The notes under the pieces are model-generated. The model was not told the DNA's origin. It saw only the letters and a program-made list of their open reading frames with translations, and did no database searches. From assembly GCA_021735685.1 (NCBI GenBank), contig JAIPGN010000001.1, forward strand, positions 15,994-79,993: 64,000 nucleotides of DNA, read 5' to 3'. This DNA is from Patescibacteria group bacterium (GTDB taxonomy: Bacteria; Patescibacteriota; Patescibacteriia; UBA2591; UBA6264). The translations under genes and the position numbers were made by a program. Below are positions 51,244 to 62,800 of this stretch, in pieces (positions within the stretch are counted from its first letter, which is position 1; each line of letters begins with the position of its first letter).

Positions 51244-52482
51244 TTATTTTCTAGGGTATATATATCCTAGAATTTGCCAACCACCCTGAGAAGTGTTTTG
51301 CCAGGCAGTAGTGCGGCGTAAAGTACGAGGGGCTGGTTTTTGAGTCCAGCTAGGATTGGATGGTCCATTCATTTCTGTGACGTAGATATAATTATCATCA
51401 AAACTTTCAATATAAGCGACGTGCCCATACCAATTATTGCATTTTAAAACTACGATACTTCCTTCATCTCCAGGATGTAAGGTTAAGCCGGTTTGGAAAC
51501 CACTGTTGCGGGCATTAGTGAGCCAAGTACGAGCATTACCCCAAGTAGGAGGCACGCATTGTCCTAATTCAGTGGCCCATTTATAAGCTACCCAATCTGT
51601 ACATTGACCTGGTTGCCAGTAGTAACGATGGCAATTAGGGGCACAGGACTTATTTCTCCAATCACTATAATTACAATCACTTCTTTCAGTAGTGAGAATA
51701 GGGGCAGGAGCGCTAACTTTTTTAGGAGAAGTTGGTTGAGGGGTGGGTTTAGGAGCAGGAGCAACAGGTAAAGGTGAACCATTGGGAATAATTAATTCCT
51801 CGCCAACAGTTAAGCTGTCTGGGTTCTCAATTTCATTAATTTCAATTATTTCTTCGATTTCAGCTTTGTATTTATTTGCTATTTGAGAAAGTTTTTCATT
51901 ATTTTTTATTTGATGTAAAATCCCGTCTACCGGTAAAATAATTAATTCATCTCCTGGTTTAATGTTAGAGCGCCAGTAAGTTAAATCATTGGCCCAAAGA
52001 ACAGTGTAAACATTAAGTCCGTATTTTTCGGCAATATCCCAAGGGTTGTCGTTGGGTCGAACGATATATTTTTCAACTTCAGTACGAGTGGGGATTATGT
52101 TTTTTTCAATTACACTGTTTCCAGCCACAAAAGCGGTATCATTAAGAGCAAGGGCTATCTTGAAGTCATTCTCTCTTTCGCGAGTAAGGCTAGCGATTTG
52201 AAAGTCAGCTTTTTCTTCTTTTTGAATGGCTTGAAAGTGGATCTCTTGATTATTATTTTCAGATGAAGTTGGCAAAGAAACAATTTGTTTACAATCTTTT
52301 ATTTGTTGAAAAGAGAAAAACACAAAGAATGCAATAACTAAAAAAACGGGCAATTGTTTCCCCGGTTCTATTTTTTGACAGATTCGCTTTAGGCAGTGCC
52401 AGAAGTAAAGGGCACGAAGAATGCCTTTTTTTATAAATCCGATCATAAATTTAGCGAATTTTCTTAAAACACTATCTTGCAT
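51244..52482 (-). CDS. membrane-anchored peptidoglycan hydrolase with two LysM domains and a C-terminal CHAP domain
   Basis: 412 aa. LysM-like blocks (YIVRPNDNPWDIAEKYG… and HQIKNNEKLSQIANKYK…). CHAP Cys/His pattern (…GQCTDWVAYKW…YGHVAYIE…). A P/T-rich linker. Confidence 0.65.
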   Translation of the reverse strand: MQDSVLRKFAKFMIGFIKKGILRALYFWHCLKRICQKIEPGKQLPVFLVIAFFVFFSFQQIKDCKQIVSLPTSSENNNQEIHFQAIQKEEKADFQIASLTRERENDFKIALALNDTAFVAGNSVIEKNIIPTRTEVEKYIVRPNDNPWDIAEKYGLNVYTVLWANDLTYWRSNIKPGDELIILPVDGILHQIKNNEKLSQIANKYKAEIEEIIEINEIENPDSLTVGEELIIPNGSPLPVAPAPKPTPQPTSPKKVSAPAPILTTERSDCNYSDWRNKSCAPNCHRYYWQPGQCTDWVAYKWATELGQCVPPTWGNARTWLTNARNSGFQTGLTLHPGDEGSIVVLKCNNWYGHVAYIESFDDNYIYVTEMNGPSNPSWTQKPAPRTLRRTTAWQNTSQGGWQILGYIYPRK

Positions 52483-52541
52483 AAATGCATTTTTTCTGTA
52501 TGATATTAATTATTGTAGCTAAAAAATAGAAAAAATCAAGT

Positions 52542-55016
52542 ATGAGTTATCAACATCAAGATTTATTTGAAAAATGGTTTAAAATTTGGGAAGATTTAAA
52601 GATTTATCAGGTTTCAGATTTACTTCCAAAAGAAAAAAAAGAATACATCTTAGTGGAATTTCCTTATCCTTCAGGCTCGGGATTACATATTGGGCACGCT
52701 TTTAGTTTTGTGGGAGCAGATGTTTACGCTCGTTTTCAGAGAATGAAAGGGAAGAACGTCCTTTTTCCAATGGGTTGGGATGCCTTTGGTTTACCTACTG
52801 AAAATTATGCTATTAAGACTAAATCTAAACCTCAGGAAATTACGGCTCAAAACACCGCTACTTTTAAAAGGCAGATGAAAAAATTGCAACTTTCTTTTGA
52901 CTGGTCGCGAGAAATTAATACTACTGATCCCCAATATTATCAATGGACCCAATGGATTTTTATCCAATTGTTTAAAAAAGGATTAGCTTTTAAAAAAGAG
53001 ATGCCAATTAATTGGTGTCCCCAGTGCAAGATTGGATTAGCTAACGAAGAGGTAGTTGATGGTAAATGTGAAAGGTGTGGAGCTGAGGTGACCAGGCGTA
53101 ATATCTCTCAATGGATAGTTAAAATAACTGATTATGCTGATCGTTTATTACAGGGTTTAGAAAAGACAAATTTTATTGAAAAAGTAAAAAGGTCTCAAAT
53201 TAATTGGATCGGAGCAAGTGAGGGAGCGCAAATTATTTTTCCAATTGAATTGTCTTCCTCTCAGAAAGAAAAAATAGAGATCTTTACTACTCGTCCGGAC
53301 ACATTATGGGGAGCGACTTTTATGGTTTTAGCTCCTGAACATCCTCTTTTGGATAAAATTTTAAAAGTTTGTTCGGAGAAGAAAAATAAAGAGATTAAGG
53401 AATATATTAAGAAGTCAAAAAAGAAAAGTGATTTAGAAAGGGTGGATCTTGATAAAGAAAAAACAGGTGTTTTCACTGGTCTTTATGCTTTGAATCCGGT
53501 CAATAAAAAAGAAATTCCGGTTTGGATTTCTGATTTTGTTTTAAGTTCTTATGGCACTGGTGCAATTATGGCAGTGCCAGCTCATGATCAAAGAGATTGG
53601 GAATTTGCCCAAAAATTTGGATTAGAGATAATTCCAGTAATTAAGCCTGACCAAGAGTGGAATTTCCAAGAAAAAGCTTACGTTGATGTGGAAAAAGGTA
53701 CTCTTATTAATTCGGGGCCTATCAATAATTTGAGTCCTGATCAGGCTTTTTCTAAAATGATTAATTGGTTGCAAGAAAAAGGTATTGGTCGGTCAGCAAA
53801 AAATTATCATTTACGAGATTGGATTTTTTCTCGTCAACATTATTGGGGAGAACCTATTCCTATGATTTTTTGTCCTCAGTGTGGTTGGCAACCAGCAAAA
53901 GAAGAAGATCTGCCGATAGAGTTGCCTAAAGTAGAGCGTTATCATCCTACTGATACTGGAGAAAGCCCCTTATCTCAAATTAAAGAATGGGTGGAGACAA
54001 CTTGCCCTTTGTGTGGTGGGCCAGCTAAAAGAGAAACAGATACTATGCCTAATTGGGCGGGGTCAGATTGGTATTTTTTAAGGTATATTGATCCTCAAAA
54101 TCAAGAAAAATTAGTTGATCTTGAAAAAGCCAGAAAATGGTTGCCGGTAGATATTTATATTGGAGGCGACGAGCATAACACCTTACATCTTCTCTATTCT
54201 CGTTTTATTTATCAATTCTTATGGGATTTGGGAGTTGTGCCCTCGGAACATCCGGAACCTTATCAAAAAAGAATTTCTCATGGTGTGATTTTGGGCCCAG
54301 ATTCTCAAAGAATGAGCAAGTCTAAAGGAAATGTGGTGGACCCTGAAGAAGTTATGGGAAGGTTTGATAAATATGGTTCAGATATTTTAAGAATTTATTT
54401 AATGTTCATTGGTCCTTTTGAAGGGACTATGGCTTGGAATGATCAATCTTTAACTGGCATTAAAAGATTTTTAGATAAGATTGAAAAGGCTATTCAGTCC
54501 TCTTTGGATTTTAGTTCAACTAAAGATAATTGCTCAATTAATCCTAGAATGGAAACTATTTTGCACCAAACCATTCAAAAGGTTTCTCAAGATATTAAAG
54601 AAACGAAATTCAATACGGCCGTTGCTGGCTTAATGGAGTTTTTGAATGAAATTAGAGCACAAAGTCAAGAAAAAAAGATTTCAGTTAAGATTTTAGAGAA
54701 TTTTCTGTTACTATTATCCCCTTTTGCTCCAATTTTTTGTGAGGAACAATGGCAAAAGATAAAAAGTAAAAGTAAAAGCATTTTTTTAGAAAACTGGCCC
54801 GAGTTTGATTCTCGTTTAACTCAAGACAAAAAAATAGAATTTGTAGTTCAAGTCAATGGGAAGGTTCGCGAAAAAATTGATCTTTCTACGGGACTAAAAC
54901 AAAAAGAAGTAGAAGAAATTATTTTCGCTTTACCTCAGATTAAAAAATATCTTTTGGGTAAAAAACCTAAAAAAATTATTTTTTTACCAGACAAGTTGAT
55001 TAATATTGTAATTTAG
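52542..55016 (+). CDS. leuS: leucyl-tRNA synthetase
   Basis: 824 aa. HIGH motif (HIGHAF), KMSKS (RMSKSKGN) and editing/zinc-binding insertions. Confidence 0.9.
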   Translation: MSYQHQDLFEKWFKIWEDLKIYQVSDLLPKEKKEYILVEFPYPSGSGLHIGHAFSFVGADVYARFQRMKGKNVLFPMGWDAFGLPTENYAIKTKSKPQEITAQNTATFKRQMKKLQLSFDWSREINTTDPQYYQWTQWIFIQLFKKGLAFKKEMPINWCPQCKIGLANEEVVDGKCERCGAEVTRRNISQWIVKITDYADRLLQGLEKTNFIEKVKRSQINWIGASEGAQIIFPIELSSSQKEKIEIFTTRPDTLWGATFMVLAPEHPLLDKILKVCSEKKNKEIKEYIKKSKKKSDLERVDLDKEKTGVFTGLYALNPVNKKEIPVWISDFVLSSYGTGAIMAVPAHDQRDWEFAQKFGLEIIPVIKPDQEWNFQEKAYVDVEKGTLINSGPINNLSPDQAFSKMINWLQEKGIGRSAKNYHLRDWIFSRQHYWGEPIPMIFCPQCGWQPAKEEDLPIELPKVERYHPTDTGESPLSQIKEWVETTCPLCGGPAKRETDTMPNWAGSDWYFLRYIDPQNQEKLVDLEKARKWLPVDIYIGGDEHNTLHLLYSRFIYQFLWDLGVVPSEHPEPYQKRISHGVILGPDSQRMSKSKGNVVDPEEVMGRFDKYGSDILRIYLMFIGPFEGTMAWNDQSLTGIKRFLDKIEKAIQSSLDFSSTKDNCSINPRMETILHQTIQKVSQDIKETKFNTAVAGLMEFLNEIRAQSQEKKISVKILENFLLLLSPFAPIFCEEQWQKIKSKSKSIFLENWPEFDSRLTQDKKIEFVVQVNGKVREKIDLSTGLKQKEVEEIIFALPQIKKYLLGKKPKKIIFLPDKLINIVI

Positions 55017-55038
55017 TCGGGAATTAATTTTTTGATTT

Positions 55039-55893
55039 TTGGTTTTATTTTTTAGTTATTCTTTTGTGAAAATAAAGGAAATTAAGAAAATTTGTCGAGA
55101 ATATAATTTTACTCCCTTGCGTCGGCGAGGGCAAAATTTTTTAATCAATCCTTCAGTTGTGCGAAGAGTTATCAAAGAAGCCAAATTAACTAAAGAAGAT
55201 TTAATTCTGGAAGTGGGCCCAGGATTAGGGGCTTTGACCGAAGAGCTTGTTCAGCAAGCAGGAAAAGTGATAGCTATAGAGATTGATTCCTGTTTAGTGA
55301 AAATTTTAAAAGATAAAATAAAAGAAAAAGGTAATTTAGAAATAATCAAAGCTAGTATTTTTGATGATTTGCCTAAGCAAATTAAACTAGCTGATAATTA
55401 TAAAGTTATCGCCAACCTACCTTTTAATATTACGGGCAAAGCATTAAGGATTTTTTTAGAAGAGAGGGAAAAGATAAAATTGATGATTTTGATTGTTCAA
55501 AGAGAAGTGGCAGAAAGAATAGTTGCCCAACCTCCTCAAATGTCTCTTCTAAGTTTAGCTGTGCAGTTTTATGCCCACCCCGAAATTATTTTTGACATTC
55601 ATCAAAGTAATTTCTGGCCTCAACCTCAAGTGCAGTCAACAGTTATTAAAATAATTCCTAATCAACAAAAAATTAGCCCTGAGCAAGAGGCTATTTTTTT
55701 TCAAATTATTAAAAAAGGATTTTCTTCTAAGAGAAAGTATTTGCTTAACAATCTAAGCAAAAGTGTTATAATTAAAAAGAAGAAAGATGAACTTCTGGAC
55801 ATTTTTAAAGAAATCGATTTAAGTCCTCAAGTGCGAGCCCAAGAGTTGAGTATAGGAAAGTGGTTAGAGTTGACGAGAGCCTTAGAGCGTTGA
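55039..55893 (+). CDS. rsmA: 16S rRNA (adenine1518/1519-N6)-dimethyltransferase
   Basis: …RRRGQNFLINPSVVRRV…EVGPGLGALTEEL…NLPFNIT… is diagnostic KsgA/RsmA. The true start is probably internal. Confidence 0.8.
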   Translation: MVLFFSYSFVKIKEIKKICREYNFTPLRRRGQNFLINPSVVRRVIKEAKLTKEDLILEVGPGLGALTEELVQQAGKVIAIEIDSCLVKILKDKIKEKGNLEIIKASIFDDLPKQIKLADNYKVIANLPFNITGKALRIFLEEREKIKLMILIVQREVAERIVAQPPQMSLLSLAVQFYAHPEIIFDIHQSNFWPQPQVQSTVIKIIPNQQKISPEQEAIFFQIIKKGFSSKRKYLLNNLSKSVIIKKKKDELLDIFKEIDLSPQVRAQELSIGKWLELTRALER

Positions 55894-56002
55894 GGAGTTA
55901 ATTATTTGAGTGTTTAGAATTATTGTTGAATTCCGTGAGCGCGCGGTCATTTAAATAGGGTAAATAATAGTTTTTAACTGATTTGAAAAGGGGAGAAATC
56001 GT

Positions 56003-56103
56003 AAAACCGTTAAAAAACTTACGTTTTTCGAAAATTGACCTTAAAACCATTTCTCGGAGCGGGTTTTAGAGAGGCAGTTTTTGGGGTCTGGCCCCAACTA
56101 AAG
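56003..56103 (+). repeat. about 100-nt dispersed repeat element, copy D
   Basis: aaaaccgttaaaaaacttacgtttttcg…ctcggagcgggttttagagaggcagtttttggggtctggccccaactaaag. Provides a spurious upstream start for ORF 56035. Confidence 0.8.
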
Positions 56104-56112
56104 GGATTTTTT

Positions 56113-56823
56113 ATGGAAGAAAAGAAGGAGCATAATAAAAAGAAGAGGAAAATTTTTCAATTATTTTTGTTTATTGTCTTGGGTGGATTTATCTTATTTC
56201 TGGGTTTTGTTCAGCTGAAAACAGCGATCTATGGCCCTTATTTTTTGCAAAAAGAAAATAATTCTAATTTTTCTGAAGAAGAAATTTTGAATATTCTGAC
56301 TCAACAGGCTCAGGAAATGGACACAGATCAAGACGGTCTTTCTGATTATGAAGAATTCTACACCCATCAAACTTCTCCTTATCTTGGGGATTCAGATGGA
56401 GATAATTTTAACGATTTAGAAGAGATAGAGGCAGAGAGCGACCCTTTGGATCCTTTTTCGACCCCTTATCGTCAATCTCCTTCTGAAACAGAATCGACAA
56501 CAGGAGAAAAGGGGTTAATTTGGGAGGCAAGTTTGCCGGAAAATCTTTCAGCTGAAGAGATTCGTTCTTTATTGTTGCGCCTGGGAATTGAATCTGAGAT
56601 TGTGGAAAATATTAGTGACAAAGAACTGGAAAACCTATATAATGAAACCAAGGAAGAGACAGGGATTAATCCTCAAGTTTTGCTTAATCCCTCTTTATTA
56701 GATATAGATACTGAATCTTTAAGACAATCTTTAATAGAGGAAGGAATAGATCCTTTGCTTCTGGAAGATATGGATGACAAAACTTTGAAATCAATGTTTT
56801 TGGAATATTTAAATTTAAAATAA
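56113..56823 (+). CDS. single-pass membrane protein with thrombospondin-type-3/dockerin-like Ca-binding acidic repeats
   Basis: Probable true start MEEKKEHNKK… at 56113. The upstream part of ORF 56035 is repeat-encoded. TM FQLFLFIVLGGFILFLGFV. DTDQDGLSDYEE and DSDGDNFNDLEE are DxDxDG motifs. Confidence 0.5.
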   Translation: MEEKKEHNKKKRKIFQLFLFIVLGGFILFLGFVQLKTAIYGPYFLQKENNSNFSEEEILNILTQQAQEMDTDQDGLSDYEEFYTHQTSPYLGDSDGDNFNDLEEIEAESDPLDPFSTPYRQSPSETESTTGEKGLIWEASLPENLSAEEIRSLLLRLGIESEIVENISDKELENLYNETKEETGINPQVLLNPSLLDIDTESLRQSLIEEGIDPLLLEDMDDKTLKSMFLEYLNLK

Positions 56824-56842
56824 TTTGTTTTTTTTATTGAAT

Positions 56843-59800
56843 ATGATTTTTAAGGAATCAGGCAATGCTTTTAAAAAAGGAGCGACCTTGTTGATGGTAT
56901 TTTTTTTGGTCGTTTCTTTTTCTTTTGTTCCTCAAAAGGTTCAAGCTCAGTTTATAGTTACTGATATTTTTAAAATGGGTTGGGATGTAGCCAAAAAGGC
57001 TTGGGAACATGGCGGAGCAATTGCTTACCATAACGCCCTTAGTTATGTTCTTCAGCAAATGGCTAAACAAACCGGAGAATGGTTGGCAGAAGGAGGCAAG
57101 GGAAAAAAGCCTCTTTTTTGGACTGATCCAAAAGAATTTTTTGAAAAAGCAGGAGATCAAGTACTGGGAGAGTTTATTGACGGCATGGCCAGCAGTTTTT
57201 TGGGTCAAAGTTTATGTGATAATTTAGATTACACGGTTAAGTTTAACATTTTAGCCAATCTGGACCCTAATTATGCGCAAACCAAATGGGCGGAAGAGCC
57301 AGAATGTTCATTTTCTCAAATGAAGAAAAATCTAGAAAAAATGAAAATATCTAATATGGCTGAATTTTCTACTGAATTAAAAGAAGGAAAAGTAGATAAG
57401 CAGGAAAGCATGATTACTACTTTAATTCAAGGAGACTCTGTTTTAACCAGCGAACAAAAAATATGGTTGGATGGCGAATTAGATACTTGTCCAGAGCCTG
57501 GCTCTTGTCCAGAGGGAGAAGACTATATTGTTATTTGGGACTCTCATTATTATGAGATAGCAAATGCTGGAGCTGCTGCCTATTTACATTCTTATACTCA
57601 AAAATTTAAAGATATTTTAGAAGAATTAAAGGCAATTAGTGAAGGAGAGACTGAAGGTCAAAAACAACATGATGTTTTAGAAGGCACAGCGGTTAGAAAA
57701 TTTAAAGATTTGCAAGATAAATTAGCTCCAGATACAGGCCCAGAGCTTTGGGGGGATGGGGAGGTTTATTCTCCAGGAAGCAATTCAAGAACTGGTCTAA
57801 AGGCCTTAAATGAAGTTAGCGCAGAATGCGTTAGAAATAGTCAACAAATTTGTGATAATCCTGATTGTGTGGCTCTTTGTCATATTGGTGGCACAAACAA
57901 TTGCCAGAGCGATGAATCAACTTGTTTGGACCGTTTAAAAAGAATTAAGTCTTACAGTAATCAATTAGTAGAATGGGCGAGCACTATCCAGGATATGACT
58001 GATCGGTCTATTGCTAATTGGGAAGCTAGAGAGGCAATTCCCGACTTGGATCCGCTTACTGATGCCGAGTTTATGTTTAATCCAGAAAGTAATCCCATTG
58101 GGATTCAAATGAGCTTGGAAAGCAAGCTTTTTGCTCAACAAACAGAAGCAATTGAGAAAAGTAAATTTTTCCGTCAGTTACAAGGCTCTATGAATGCGGT
58201 TACTTCCAAAGTTTCTGGTTTAGTTAAGTGGCCATCTACTTTAGTGGATGAAAAAACTAGAGATATGGTGGAAGCTTCGCAAGGCAGTATTGCTGAAACT
58301 ACGGGAGTGGCAGCAGCGGATGCCTTAAATGTTTTGGCTAGCACCTTTCTTCAACAATTTATGAAAAGGATAATGAAAGGTTCTCTTAATCCTGCTTTGG
58401 ATAGTGGAGGAGTTACTGTTCCTTCTGACCCTGACGCTCCTCCAGCTAACAAGGTTATTTCGGTTTTAAGCGGAATTGAAATTGTTCCTTTGAGTCAGAG
58501 TAGTCAAGAAATGACGATTTATGACGAGTTTACGGTTTGCCCTAGCGGAACAGACCAAAAACATATTTCTCAATTTAATTGTTTAATTGATAATAAATTA
58601 TCTCGGGCCATGGAAGAAAAATTGACTTTAGCTGAAGCCATGGAAAGGGATTTCTTGAGCCCATCTGAACGTTTAGGAGTAGAGGGCCAGTCAAATAGTT
58701 TGTTGGCTGAATCTAATTTAAAGAAGTTAAGATTATTAGGAATTATTCCCTTAGGACTAGAAATTGCTCATAAAAAAATTATTGAAGAGCAGTACAGCAA
58801 TGGTTTGCCTTTATCTGAAGTTATAGCTGGTTTTAATCAAAGAGGGGAAGATGGGATTTGTGGTACTTTAGATCAAGGAGAAAGTCCTTTTTGTAATCTA
58901 GTTGATCCTAATTGGGTTTTAAGGGCCGATAGTTATTTGTGCGAATTAACTGGCTATTCAGCTATTCCGGGCCGAGATAGCGTTTTTCGCCAAGAATCTT
59001 GTTTAGATTTTAAAACTTGTATTTCCGAATCAGAAGAAAGTTGTGATACTTGGTCTTACTGTACTCGTGCCAAAAACGTCTGGCGATTTGATGGAGATGA
59101 ATGTGATGCTCAATACAGTAGCTGTACCTCTTATGTTAATCAAAATAATGGAAAAACCTATTCTTATTTGGCCAATACTTTGAATTTTGAAAATTGTGAT
59201 TCCAATAATGTGGGGTGTCAATGGTATTGTTCAGATTGGGATCCAGTATATTCAGGGGTTGAAAATTGGTCTTGTGCTGCTCCAGGTTGGCGAAAATATA
59301 ATTGTAATTTAGGCTCTCCTTGTGAGACTGAAGCTGGATGTGATTGTAGTTGTGATGGCGATAACGGATGTCCGTCGGGAATTGGATCTTGTTTGGTCGC
59401 CGAAGGCGCTACTTATTGTACTTTAGAAAAACCTCATCCTCAAAATACTATATTCTTTAGTAGTCATGTGGATGATTGTAAAGAAACAGAAGAGGGTTGT
59501 TCTCAGTATATTAGGACGACCCCAGGCTTAGGCGTTAATTTTTTAGTAAATGGTAGTTTTGAATTAGGAGTTAATTCGGGAGGAGCTCCCCTAGGCTGGA
59601 GTTCCAATCAAGAGCAATTGATTAGTAAGTTTAACCCAGAAGAAGGATCCATTCCTAATGGGAATAATGTTTTAAGAATTCAAGGGGAAGGAGGACCGTA
59701 TGGGATATTTTTAAAGCAAGAGGTTAATAATATTTCTCCATCTTCAAGTAATTTAATTATCTCTGGTTATTACAAAGATGTTGATAGTTCGGTGAGTGGT

Positions 59801-62800
59801 GATAATAAATTAAGGGTTAAGGCTTGTTATGATTCTGGTTGTAGTGACTTTGACCTTAAAGAAAAACCAATTGACCTTGAAGAAAATCAATGGAAATATA
59901 ATGTTCTTACAATTTCTTTGAATAAAAATAAATCAATTGATCATTTAGTGGTGGAGGCCATAAGAAATGCTGTTAATAATTTTTCCGGAATTCTTTACTT
60001 AGATTCTTTTCAGGTTAGAAACGAAAGCGGTAATTCTTCTTATCGCGAGTATGGCTCGCACGGTAATGTTTATTTAAAAAGCGCTCCTCAATGGATGAAT
60101 TGTTATGATACTGATTCTTCTAACGATCATGCAGATTGTGTTAATTTTATTTCTCTTTGTTCAGCTGAAGAGGTTGGCTGTGAGCTCTATACTTCTGTCA
60201 GCAATCAGGGCGATATTCAGATTCCAGCCATAGTTCAAGAATCAGATCAATGTCCTTCTACTTGCGTTGGTTATGAGACTTTTGAAGAAATTGGCTCTTT
60301 TTTTGATCCTCGAGTCAATCGTTGGGTGGAAATGATTCCGCAAACTGCGCGAAAATGTTTAGCTCCAGGTTGTGAGGCGTTTACCAATTTAGATTTTTTG
60401 GCTCAAGGTGGTGAAGCTGAGGAATATTATACTTATCTTCGTCAGTGCGTTAAAGTTAATCAAGAAGGATTGGCGATTATTGATTCGGCGGGAGAAGAAA
60501 TTTCTCCAGCCTCTAATGATACTTGCCAGTATTACTATACTTGGATCGGAGAAGAAGAGTCTGGCTATCAATTAAGAAGTTATTATTTGGAAAAAGATTC
60601 TAATTTGGGTGGTCCACTTCAAGTTAGTTCAAGCCCTAATCCAAGTTGGGGAGAATGTGATGAAAATAATTTAGACAACCCTCATTGTCGTCAATTTTAT
60701 GACGATGAAGGTAATGTTTATTATCGTTTTTATAAAAATACGATTAGCTGTTCTCAGGATTGTAAACCTTATCGTCGAGAGATTGATGACGAAATTTATA
60801 TGGCTATTGGCACAGAAGGAGAGGTCTGCCGCCCCCAAGACTTAGGTTGCCGCGAGTACAAAGGGGCTGCCTACGGAAGTATGCGTAATTTATTTGAAGA
60901 TAAATTTTTAAATGAAAATAGTCTTGCAGGTTGGGAGAGAGTAGAACTAAGCACAGAGTCTTTAGATCGTTTTGGTTATTCTCTTCAGGCCAACGATACT
61001 TATGTGAAAAAGCCTGCATCTTCTTATCTTAAACAGGGAGGAGTTTATTCTTTGAAGCTTTGGGTTAAAGGAGGTGGGAATTATAGAGCTTCTTTGGGAA
61101 GCGTTGATTTCCTCCAAGGAGAGAGCCAGGCTGTTGTTTCTGAAGAGTGGCAAGAAATAAAGTTTGGAACAATTTATTTTAATCAAGAGTTAAGTGGTGA
61201 TGAAAATTTAATTATTTACGGCCCCAATGAATTTTATTTAGATAATATTTCTTTGAATAAAGTAGAGGATGATCTTTATTTAATTAAAGATTCTTGGGAT
61301 ACTCCTCAAATTTGTGATTTGGATGCTGACGGAAATATTTCTCCAGGATACATGGTTGGTTGTCGGGCTTATCAAGACCGAGTTAAGAATTATCATTATT
61401 TTAAATCTTTTAGCCGTCTTTGTTCATCCGAAGCTGCTGGTTGTGAGGCTTTGATCAATACTTATAATTCAAGCTCCCCTTTCTCGGAACAATTTAATTC
61501 TGGCTCACCGGACGGAGACGAGTTAACTGTCTTAGCCGACGCTACGGTCTACCGAATATATGATTCTGAATATTCTTGTGCGGCCGAGAAAAAGGGTTGT
61601 CAAAAATTTGGTCAACCTGAGTTCAGTGAAGAGGAAGAGGTGGTTGGCTATCAAGATGTCTTTTTAATCAATGACCCCGATGCTTATCAGTTGCAATCTA
61701 TACTTTGCGACTTCAGTGGATGGGGTTGCCAAGAATATAATGGCCCGGTTTATTTTAAAGACCCGGGAAGTAAAGTTTGCGAGTACCGAGAAAATGTTTC
61801 GCTTTATGGAGAAACCAAAAATGGTTGGTTTAAGCAGGGAACCAACAATCCTTGTTATCTTGAAAGTGGTCTTGCCTATCAACCCTATGGTTCGGTTTAT
61901 GGAATTCGTTTTAATGATGACCCCCTTTATGATGGTTGGGCGGGAATTTGCCCAGGCGGTCAAGATGGCTGTACCCAGTTTATTGATCCTTTGGCTCAAA
62001 ATTTAATTTTAAATAGTGGCTTGGAAGAAGATGTTAATGAGGACGGGGTTCCCGATCATTGGGATTCTTATGCTTTGCCTGATTCTTTTGATTTGCAAAA
62101 TAACGGTTGTTTGAGTGGTCAATGTTGGTTTGTGGATACTACGAGTGATACTGCGGCCGCTAGTCAGTATATCAAAATTAATCCCGGCTCTACTTACGAG
62201 CTTTCTGCTTGGGTGAAAGCAAGAGAGGGATCGACAGGATCTGTTAAAATTTATCTCGCTTATGTCGACCAGAAGCCTTCTGGCGACTGGATAGATGTTG
62301 TTTCTGTTGCTAATGATAATGATTTGCAAGGAAAATGGGAAAAATTAAGCGTGAGTTTAATCGCTCCTCTTGATGCTCAATATGCTCGAGTTTTGGTTCC
62401 TTATGTCAGTGATTTAATGGAGGTTCATGTTGATAATATCTCCTTAATTGAGAAAAATTCTTCAAAAGGAAGCTATTATTTTATTAATAACGACAATTTA
62501 GATCGTTCTTCTTGCGCTGGTATGGTTGGAGTCAAAGATGGTTGTATTCTTTTTAATGATACCTCTTTATCCGGTCGTTTGCCTTATGATTCGGCGTCTA
62601 CTTATGCTTTAAGCCAAGAGAATAATGATTTAGCAGTACCAGTTAGTAATATTCCTGTTGGTTCGGGGGCGGAAGGAGATAGTAATTTAATTTTAAAAGT
62701 AAAAAGAGATCGAGTCTGTGGGGAGTGGTTGCATTGTTCTGGGTCTTATCAGGTTTGGGACAGCTCTATTGATGATTATCGCCAAGTCTGTGATTCTTGG

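Noticed and set aside
56003-56103. Segment GTTTTAGAGAGGCAGTTTTTGGGGTCTGGCCCCAAC in repeat copy D superficially resembles a type II CRISPR repeat (GTTTTAGAGCTATGCTGTTTTG…CCCAAAAC)
   Set aside because: Only copy D has the GTTTTAGAG start. The copies are tens of kb apart with about 60 nt of additional conserved flank. There is no repeat-spacer array and no cas genes, so it is treated as coincidence.
56035-56112. N-terminal 26 codons of ORF-track ORF 56035..56823 (MTLKPFLGAGFREAVFGVWPQLKGFF)
   Set aside because: They are encoded entirely by repeat copy D. The TM-containing protein more plausibly starts at the ATG at 56113.
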